A stretch of DNA of 52,781 nt from the NCBI GenBank assembly GCA_030649735.1, contig JAUSFL010000040.1, positions 1-52,781 of the forward strand. Reading direction: 5' to 3'. Shown here one piece after another: positions 38,214 to 46,000 of the stretch. The stretch's first letter is position 1. Each line of letters opens with the position of its first letter. A program made the position numbers and the translations under genes. Source of the DNA: Candidatus Iainarchaeum sp. Lineage in GTDB: Archaea > Iainarchaeota > Iainarchaeia > Iainarchaeales > UBA10191. Below the pieces are notes generated by a model that saw nothing but the letters and a program-made list of their open reading frames with translations, made no database searches and was not told the DNA's origin.

Positions 38214-38254
38214 TTTTTGGCATTTTGCCAAAAAGGCTTTTTTTTCCTTTTTTT
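38214..38254 (+). terminator. Hairpin plus oligo-T terminator after pilin 37667
   Basis: tttttggca-ttt-tgccaaaaa inverted repeat (38214-38234) followed by T-tracts at 38238-38254. Confidence 0.65.
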
Positions 38255-38296
38255 CAAAGATATTTTTTTATACTACTTTCTGCCTGTTTCTTGCTT

Positions 38297-38491
38297 ATGG
38301 GCTCTTTTGGAAAGTTCTTGAATGAGGAAAGCGCTGAAAGCGAGTGGAGTTCCTTGTACATGCTTTTGGTTTTCATTATTGCCGCCTTGCTTTTGATAGC
38401 TTTAATCAAGCCGATGTTTCGAAAATCGCAGGAAGTGGTTACAAAAACCCCGAATTCCCAGACAGCAACTGCGACTGCAGCGGTGAAGTGA
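38297..38491 (+). CDS. Small Flp-like/class III pilin-like protein (64 aa)
   Basis: MGSFGKFLNEESA|ESEWSSLYMLLVFIIAALLLIALI; ATG 38297 preferred because the ORF-track extension runs through the terminator. Confidence 0.65.
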   Translation: MGSFGKFLNEESAESEWSSLYMLLVFIIAALLLIALIKPMFRKSQEVVTKTPNSQTATATAAVK

Positions 38492-38495
38492 TTTA

Positions 38496-39083
38496 ATGCT
38501 GAATTCCAGGGGCCAAGAGTCAGGGCCTTTTGAGCTTTTGATTGCAGTCATAATGATGTCTTTCGTGCTCATTGTGGGCTATCAGGCAATTGAGATTGTG
38601 AAATTCAATGACTGCCAGCAGCAAAATGACAAAATGCTTGAAGACTTTCGGGCAAAGCTTGAAGACATCACTAAAGCAAGCATTCAGAATAAAATTCTCC
38701 TGAACCTTGAGGCCTGCGCCCCAAAAAAAGAGCAAAGGCTCACTTTGACAATGGAGCAGGATCCGGCGCGCTGTTCGCAATTTTGCTCCACTCCAAGGCC
38801 TTCCTGCATTTTATTAAGGCTTTACAACCCAAAATTTTCCAAAGTGAAGTGCGTTAACATCAAACCGCAGACAAACTTTTCCAAAGACAATTCAACTTGC
38901 GGGGCAATTGAAGGCTATACGCCAGTGGACTTGCGCGAAGAAAGCGACAATCCTCCGGCAGACAACAATCCGGGCGGAATTTCTGAAGGATTCTGGATTT
39001 TCAAGAACGTCACTCCCACAAACAATTTGAGCAGTCCGATAATCTGCGCTTTCAAGCAGTGCTTGGGATCCAATTGCGGCTGA
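38496..39083 (+). CDS. Type IV pilin-like protein, Cys-rich
   Basis: MLNSRG|QESGPFELLIAVIMMSFVLIVG. Confidence 0.8.
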   Translation: MLNSRGQESGPFELLIAVIMMSFVLIVGYQAIEIVKFNDCQQQNDKMLEDFRAKLEDITKASIQNKILLNLEACAPKKEQRLTLTMEQDPARCSQFCSTPRPSCILLRLYNPKFSKVKCVNIKPQTNFSKDNSTCGAIEGYTPVDLREESDNPPADNNPGGISEGFWIFKNVTPTNNLSSPIICAFKQCLGSNCG

Positions 39084-39133
39084 AAAAAAGCATTAATAAC
39101 CAGTACTGCATTATTTTGAAAAGGCGTTTTTGA

Positions 39134-39781
39134 ATGCTTGGCTTCACTTTAAGCAAGTTCAGCTTGCTGATTTTGGTTATTTCAATTTTTGGAATAGTGA
39201 GCTTTTTCACTTTGCACTTGACTGACAGCCTTAAAGTCAAGGCATTGAATGACCTTTTGTCGCACAATTCATCCATTGCCTCGGAAATGATGTCTTCCCC
39301 GTCATACTGCGACATTTTGCTTGTCAAAATTCCCGAAACAGTAACTCTTTCAGCGAGCGAAATGTATTATATAATGCGCATTTCCTCAATTTCAGCTCCG
39401 CCAATTGGCGAAAAGCCGGCAAAAAATTACCTGATTTTTTCAGCGGCCGACAGGAAAAACACTGACGCAGTCATTGCCTCAAGCAGTTCTCCCACAACTG
39501 CTGAAATCATTTTTTACAAGCGAAATTCCGAAGGCCCTTTGGAAGGGACTTACTCAAGAGTAACTGGCGATAATGCAGGAATACTGCTTGACCCTTCAGC
39601 GCGTTCCACAGAGCTTTCCGACGCATTTTATTTAGTGAAGGAAATCAACAATGATGGAAAAACCCAACTTTATGTTTTTCCATGCGCCATTTCTGGCGGG
39701 CTGCAAAGCATTTGCGATAACGTGAAAACCGCTGTTGGCGCCGCAGTTCACGGGCAGGGAAAAAAATTCAAGTGTGGTTGA
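39134..39781 (+). CDS. Pilin-cluster membrane-anchored protein (minor pilin-like)
   Basis: MLG|FTLSKFSLLILVISIFGIVSFF single N-terminal TM inside the pilin operon; in-frame TGA directly upstream of the ATG. Confidence 0.6.
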   Translation: MLGFTLSKFSLLILVISIFGIVSFFTLHLTDSLKVKALNDLLSHNSSIASEMMSSPSYCDILLVKIPETVTLSASEMYYIMRISSISAPPIGEKPAKNYLIFSAADRKNTDAVIASSSSPTTAEIIFYKRNSEGPLEGTYSRVTGDNAGILLDPSARSTELSDAFYLVKEINNDGKTQLYVFPCAISGGLQSICDNVKTAVGAAVHGQGKKFKCG

Positions 39782-40351
39782 ATGAGGAATAAAGCATTCA
39801 TTGGGCCAATTGGCGACGATCTTCCGTCATTGATTCCAATAGTTTTTGCATTGACGATTTTTTTCGCGTCATTCAATGCCGCGCTCTCAACTTTTGACAG
39901 CAAGAACAATTCTTTCGCTGACGACTTGGATGCCTTAAAGGTTGCCCGAATAATGCGCTCCAATGGCTACATTGTCAACAAGGAAAATTTTGACCAATTA
40001 TGCGGCCTGGTTGAGGTAAGGTCTTTGAAGTTTGTTGCAGGCCTTGCAGAATTCAACACCACTCCAGAAGACAGCCTTGACCCTTTAAAGCCTTACAATT
40101 TCACTTTCTTTGAGCCTTCAGGATTGATGAAGCCAATTGACCAATTGTTTTACGGCAATGCTTCAGGAAATTTTTACTGCACTAATCTGAAAGACCCTTC
40201 AACATTTGATTCCGGCGTGCTTCAATACAAGAACGCAATAGTCCGGACTTATCCGGTAATTTTGGAGAAAGACCGCGGCACTGACGCGCAAGGCGGCAAA
40301 TTAGGGATTATTGCTGCCCCGATGCAATTGGTGGTGGTTGCTTGGCGTTGA
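39782..40351 (+). CDS. Minor pilin-like protein
   Basis: MRNKA|FIGPIGDDLPSLIPIVFALTIFF; C-terminal LVVVAW beta strand; abuts the upstream gene. Confidence 0.7.
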   Translation: MRNKAFIGPIGDDLPSLIPIVFALTIFFASFNAALSTFDSKNNSFADDLDALKVARIMRSNGYIVNKENFDQLCGLVEVRSLKFVAGLAEFNTTPEDSLDPLKPYNFTFFEPSGLMKPIDQLFYGNASGNFYCTNLKDPSTFDSGVLQYKNAIVRTYPVILEKDRGTDAQGGKLGIIAAPMQLVVVAWR

Positions 40352-41154
40352 ATTCTAAAGCGCAGGCTGCCGTGACTGACGCCTTGCTTTTGCTCTTGGT
40401 TGTCGGGATTTTGAGCACTTCCCTGGTTTTGTTTTCAATAAATTATGGAAAGACAGTCCAAAAGTACATTACAGACCAGTATGCCGTTGATTTTGAGACA
40501 ACAGCCTTGAAGACAATGCTTTACAGCAGCATTCCGCGAGACATGCCTTCAGCATTAAGCCCAAACCCGACTGTTTACAATTCAGACCAGGTTGATTACT
40601 TGCTTGCCGTAGTCAAAGAAGACTACTTGGATGATGCTGCATTGAATGACAATACAAAGAATGTTTTGAAGAATGCGTCAAAGATTGCGTTCAAGCCATT
40701 GAACCGCTCTTACGATTACATGTTCTTGATTCAGACAATGGAAACTCCAACCAGGTTTGTTTTCCTTTACATCAACGCGTCAAATCCTGACGGGACAGGA
40801 AGGGAAGAGTATTACTGCAATGCAAAGTCTGTTGAAAACGTCCAGTCTTTCTTGGAAAGCGTTGGCGCCTTCAATCCGGTTGTTTCAGGAATAAAGCTTT
40901 CCAAAATAAACCCTTCAACAAAAGATGCTGACACAGTATCCGCGGTTGCAGAGCTTGCAATGTGGACTGGCGCTTCCTTCAAGAATAATTCTGGAAACTT
41001 GGTTCTTGAAAGCGTGAAAATTTTGCCGGCAAGCATTGACCTTAACACTGTGAAATTTGATGCTTCAAATATTTGGGGATGCGCGCCTGAAAACTTTCCA
41101 GCCGAAGCCGGCTGCCCCGGGGTTTTAGTCTGCAAGCAAATAACGACTAATTAG
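40342..41154 (+). CDS. Minor pilin-like protein
   Basis: (MAL)NSKA|QAAVTDALLLLLVVGILS; the start may be TTG 40348. Confidence 0.78.
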   Translation: MALNSKAQAAVTDALLLLLVVGILSTSLVLFSINYGKTVQKYITDQYAVDFETTALKTMLYSSIPRDMPSALSPNPTVYNSDQVDYLLAVVKEDYLDDAALNDNTKNVLKNASKIAFKPLNRSYDYMFLIQTMETPTRFVFLYINASNPDGTGREEYYCNAKSVENVQSFLESVGAFNPVVSGIKLSKINPSTKDADTVSAVAELAMWTGASFKNNSGNLVLESVKILPASIDLNTVKFDASNIWGCAPENFPAEAGCPGVLVCKQITTN

Positions 41155-41183
41155 AAAAAATTGCATTCAAGTTTTTTTTGAAT

Positions 41184-41900
41184 TCACGTTTTCTTGGCTT
41201 TAAATTCGGTGTTGCATTTTGGGCATGTGTAATTTATTTTGTCCCCTGCGTCTTTGGCCTGCTTTGCGCAGTGATTGCAGAATGCTGTTCCGCAATTGGG
41301 GCAGAAAATCAAATGGTCTGTTTTTGCCTTGCAGTTCGAGCAAGTGTTCTTGTCAGTTTCAACATCCTTGATGATGTTTTCTGAATTGTCGTTTTCAGGA
41401 AGACTGTCCAGCGAGTTTTTCAAGTCGTCTCCTTGAAGGTTCAAGTCTTCAAGCGAAAGCAGGCCATTTTTGTCATTCTCTTTTTCAAGGTCGAAGTCTT
41501 CAGTGTTCAATAATTCTGCAACGCTGGCTTTTTTCGCTTCTTCGCTTTTTTTCCCGGGCTCTGCAATTGCTGTTTTGCCTTGCTGCGGGCCTGTTTTTGA
41601 AGGCCTGAAGCGCCCGTGCTGCGGGCTTTCGGCAATTGTTTCCTTTTTGACTTGCGTGTAAATTTTTTCTGCAACTTCGTCAAATTCTTCATTTCTTGGA
41701 AAGCGCCTGAATTTTTCCCTGAATTTCTGCAATTCCTTGCTTGCAACTTCCTGGTTTTTTCTCTTCATCAATGCCTGCTCCCTATCAAGCATTCTGCCCT
41801 CGCTTTCAGGCTGGCCTTGATCTTGCGGAACGCCCTGCCCGTTCCTGTAAAACCTGCGCAGCCTTCGCGGAACTTCTTCAGGGCTTTCTTCATCACTCAA
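41184..41900 (-). CDS. Charged low-complexity protein with a C-terminal 8-Cys double zinc finger
   Basis: CSNC-x9-CPNC-x4-CNHC-x14-CPKC at the C-terminus. Confidence 0.75.
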   Translation of the reverse strand: MSDEESPEEVPRRLRRFYRNGQGVPQDQGQPESEGRMLDREQALMKRKNQEVASKELQKFREKFRRFPRNEEFDEVAEKIYTQVKKETIAESPQHGRFRPSKTGPQQGKTAIAEPGKKSEEAKKASVAELLNTEDFDLEKENDKNGLLSLEDLNLQGDDLKNSLDSLPENDNSENIIKDVETDKNTCSNCKAKTDHLIFCPNCGTAFCNHCAKQAKDAGDKINYTCPKCNTEFKAKKT

Positions 41901-42367
41901 GGATTTGCACTTCCTTTCTTCAGGAGAGTTTCGCGGATTCTTTCAACCTGCTCTGGAGTCAGGTTTTTGTTAAGTATGAATTGCTTGTCTGAAAGCAATT
42001 GCCGCATGCTTTTTTCAGCTACAATTTGCTCTGCGGCTTTTTCTTTAGGGATTGCCACAGTGCCTATTTTTGCGGAAAAGAAGTCTCTCCTTGCTGAAAG
42101 CATGATTAATGTTATGACCAGCGTTATTGTGAGAATTATCGGGAAAAGGCTTTGGAACCCGAAAATCACTGCAAGCACTGCCCAAAGCACTGAAAACACC
42201 CCGCCAAAAATAATGCTCCATCCAATGCGGTAGTTTTCGTCAAGAATCCTGATTTTTGGCCAGCCAGTGCGCAAAAGCAGATACCCAAGGCTGTAAGAGC
42301 CGATGATGAAGTAAAATACAACAAGCAGTTCCACGCCGCTAAAGCCTAAAAAATCGAAGCCTTGCAT
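41897..42367 (-). CDS. Membrane protein (156 aa, about 3 TM) with soluble C-terminal tail
   Basis: Hydrophobic N-terminal two-thirds; 4-bp overlap with the downstream zinc-finger gene. Confidence 0.72.
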   Translation of the reverse strand: MQGFDFLGFSGVELLVVFYFIIGSYSLGYLLLRTGWPKIRILDENYRIGWSIIFGGVFSVLWAVLAVIFGFQSLFPIILTITLVITLIMLSARRDFFSAKIGTVAIPKEKAAEQIVAEKSMRQLLSDKQFILNKNLTPEQVERIRETLLKKGSANP

Positions 42368-42415
42368 TACATCTAGTACTTAAATATTTATACCAGTTAA
42401 TAAATTATTCTCTAT

Positions 42416-42991
42416 ATGGTTGATTTTGCACAGACGCTTGTTGAATTTTTTGTTTTGCTGATAAATTTGCTTTTGCTCGCAATTCCCTTGGCTGCGATTG
42501 TTTTCGCTTTCGGCAGGCTTGAAGGCAGGCTTGAGAAAAAATTCAAGCTCTCTTGGATCAAGGCTTCAGCGCTTTCAGCTTTTGCTGCAGTATTCCTTGC
42601 AATCCTGATTGTTTACCTCTTGCCTTTTTCAGGGGCAATGCAGTTCTCATCCAATGACAATCTTCCGACAGGGATTACAACGCAAGTTGTTGAAGACGCT
42701 AGCGGGCAATTGGTTGAACAGCAAATTCCCGGCAGTTCATTGCTTGATTCTTTGGGAGTTATGCTCGTTACTTTCTTGAGGCTTGTTTTCATAAGCGCTG
42801 TATTGACAGTGCTTTTGCTTCCGTTGATTTTGCTGGCGTCAGGGGTTTTCTCAAAATTTGCGAAAAAAAAGTCGGCAAACATTCCGGCATTCTATCTTTC
42901 TTCTTTTGCGGGGCTTTTCATGATTGCGGTAATAATTCTTGCATTGCCTTGGATTCCTGCAGGAATCGCTTACTTCATTTTCTTTTCGTAA
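42416..42991 (+). CDS. Membrane protein (191 aa, about 4 TM)
   Basis: Four hydrophobic segments; TTTATA about 24 bp upstream of the ATG. Confidence 0.72.
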   Translation: MVDFAQTLVEFFVLLINLLLLAIPLAAIVFAFGRLEGRLEKKFKLSWIKASALSAFAAVFLAILIVYLLPFSGAMQFSSNDNLPTGITTQVVEDASGQLVEQQIPGSSLLDSLGVMLVTFLRLVFISAVLTVLLLPLILLASGVFSKFAKKKSANIPAFYLSSFAGLFMIAVIILALPWIPAGIAYFIFFS

Positions 42992-43075
42992 AAAGCCCTT
43001 GGCTTTAAATGCGCTTTTGGCTTTTTAAGGAAAGGATTAAAAAAGAACAAAGCATTATTCTTACTCTAATATTAG

Positions 43076-46000
43076 GTGTTTTTTTTGCTTGAAAAGCTCA
43101 ACGCAGTTCTCTTGATTTTAATCCTTTTTGCCCCGCAATTAAGCCTTGCGGCAACAGACGCTTCAGGCAATTCAGGCCCTAACGCAAATGCCGGAACTCC
43201 AGACATTACGCTTCCTTCAAATGCTGCCAATTACCAGCCGACAATTCCGGACAATTCACTGAATTCCAATCCCTCATCCTGCCGCTTGACTGCATTGACT
43301 GACTCTGAAGCCCAGAAATTATTGGACCTTAGAAAAAAAGTCAACACTTTTGACGAATTAAATTCCGGAACTCCTGCAAACACTCAAAGAAAAACATTGG
43401 AAAACAACAAGGCATTGATTCCAGACGCTCAAGGCGATTTGGCCTTAAAGCAGGAATTCCCGAACAAGGAAATAAAGCTTGACGAAATCGCTTTCATCCT
43501 TAACTTGAAAGGAAAAGGCGCTTTTGCCTTCGGCGTTGTCTTGAATGACACTTTAAGGGTTGGAACTTGCAAGGGAGACAAAACAAATCCTGGCGCCTGT
43601 CCTGTCCGCGACAAGGGCTTGACTTTCAAGAATGACGGCACTGGAATTGTCACGGACTTCAAAAGCGCGTTTGATTTCTCCAGCGCTTTTGGAGACACAA
43701 AGCAAAAGCCAATCAGCCAAAGCGCTTTGGACACAATGGCAATTGAGGCTGAATTGCAAAACCCAAATCCTGTTGAAGCAAAGGAAGGGGACTTGAGCGC
43801 TTTAAAGGATTCCAGCATTCAAGTCAAGACTGCAAGCAGGATTCCTGGAAATGTCTTGAACAACAGGGTTGAAGCCCAAAACTTCACTGCCTCAATGGGA
43901 ACAACCTGCCAGAATGGCGCTTGCGTAATCAACATTTACTCATTGTTTGACAAGTACTTTAACTCAATGTTTTCGGCAAACCTTGTGATTTCAAACCTTG
44001 CTCCGACCTTGATTGGAAAAACAGCTTACTTGTTCGGCACTGCAGAAAGCAGGGGCTGGCAGTTTCCATTCCAGCAAAAAATTTCAAGCTGGACAAAGGG
44101 AAATGTAAGCACTTATCTAAAGCCGACTGAAGTGAGAAAGGGAACAATGCAAAGGTTTGATTTCATCCAAAACAAGTATGATTTTGGCGGTTTAGGGACC
44201 ATTGACTTGTACATTGACCAGAAAAAAGGCACTTTGCTTTCTGACGGCGCTTTTGCTGGATGGAAGGAAAAGTTTTTCCAGGAAGGCGCGCAAAAAATCA
44301 CGACTTATGAAGCGCGGAGAAAATTTGTCGACCAAGCAATGGATGTTTACAAGTATTCCCAAGTCAACCAGCAAATGAAACAGTTTGTAATGGATGAGCT
44401 TGCTGCTGGAAGGCTGACTAAGATTGAAGCCGGCAGGAAAATGGCGGAAATTGCGGCAGACTGGGATAGTGCAACGCACTTGAACCTTAAGGACTGGTTC
44501 ATGCAGAATGACAGGCATGGGCTGGTTGACGCTTATGTGAAGCCAATGGTTGGCGGCGCAGCAGTTGACAATCCAATCAAAATAAGCGCTTTTAACACGC
44601 CAACGTATGTTTTTGACGACTTCATTACTAATGGAAGATTTGGGGCAAAAGTTGAAGCAGATGCAGCCGGAGCTTTAAAACTTTATAAAATAAATCCTGT
44701 CGGAAACCCAATTGCCACAGGAGTTCCTTTCGACACTTTGGAAGCAAGCGTTCGCGCAGGCCAGTACGCCAACCAATTGGCCGCAGTGCGCTTGAATAAC
44801 GGAAGCTTTGTTTCAGCCACGGCAGACAATCTGGAATACATCAGAACCAATACTGCAGGAACAGTTGACGTTTTTGCGGCAAAAATCACTGATGCAGGCA
44901 TTTTGACTCCTGATGAAATGGCCGGCAGAGTAATGGACTTGCTGCCTTCAAGGCTTGAGTCAGCAAACAGGAACATGGGAAAATTAAAGGACATTTTAAG
45001 AGAGCACGGATGGGCTTCAAGAAAGTATTTTTCATTATTGGACAAGCAAATGCTTGAAGAGCAGCAATTGCTGAAAAGCTATTTGGGCTCGATTAAGGGC
45101 GCTGCAAAATGGACTGCCTATCCTTTCATGTACTCTTGGGCGAAGAAGGGAGTGAACTTTCAGGATGTTTCAATCTACCGCTTGCCCCAAACATGGAGTG
45201 AAATCACTTTCACTCAAGGAACAGACAAGCTTTACAATGACGCTTTCATTGATTTCTTCTCAAATGCGGGAAGCGACCAAGGCGACATTTTCACACAAAT
45301 GCTTAACGTGCTTCCTTGGAAAAGCCTTGTGCTTGATCCCCTTGCTGAAAAAACCCCTTACGCTAATATTTGGAACACTATTTCAGGGAAAGGATTTCGG
45401 TCAAAGTCTGAAAATCTTGCGTTCTTTGTTTACGGCGCGCAGAAAAAATGCTCGACTTGCACTGCAGGAATCCAGTCCAAGGATGGAAAGGAAGGCTCTT
45501 TGACTTTTACAACAAACGAAAACTTGAATTCTTTCCTTTTTGAATATCCGTCTTCAACTGCCGCGAAAAAATCAGGCCAGACATTGATTGCTTATGCGCA
45601 TCACACAAACATGCAGGGAAAAGACTCTTCAGGAAAAGGGAATGAAATCAACCCTGTCAATGCAATTGCAGACAAGAAAACCTGCACTGACGCAGTGAAA
45701 GAATCAGGGCTTGGCTTTGGGTATGACATTGGCGCGCAAGGCGCTGCCGCAGTGCTTGGGGCCGGAGAATCACTTGGCTATTACTTGTTCGGGCCTGTTG
45801 GAATGATTGGTTCTGCAATACAGCAGGTTTACTTTGCCCCGCAATTCAACGGCTGCATTGACGACAGGGAAGGATATTTCATCCATTATTTTGTTCCTGC
45901 TGATTCTTCAAAAAAAGCGGCAAGCAGTTCTGCAATTGCCGGGGCTGAAAAGGCGTCAAGCATTATTGAGTCAGGCCAAAAGACAGTGACTGACTTGCTC

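Noticed and set aside
38201-38296. 32-aa N-terminal extension of the 38201-38491 ORF
   Set aside because: Runs through the hairpin/oligo-T terminator and a TATA box; ATG 38297 gives a sensible pilin-like leader
28330-41154. Interpretation as an archaellum or conjugative T4SS locus
   Set aside because: No recognisable archaellin, FlaH, VirB4 or relaxase; gene content fits a type IV pilus/Tad system
41616-42233. 205-aa plus-strand ORF
   Set aside because: Overlaps two better-supported minus-strand genes
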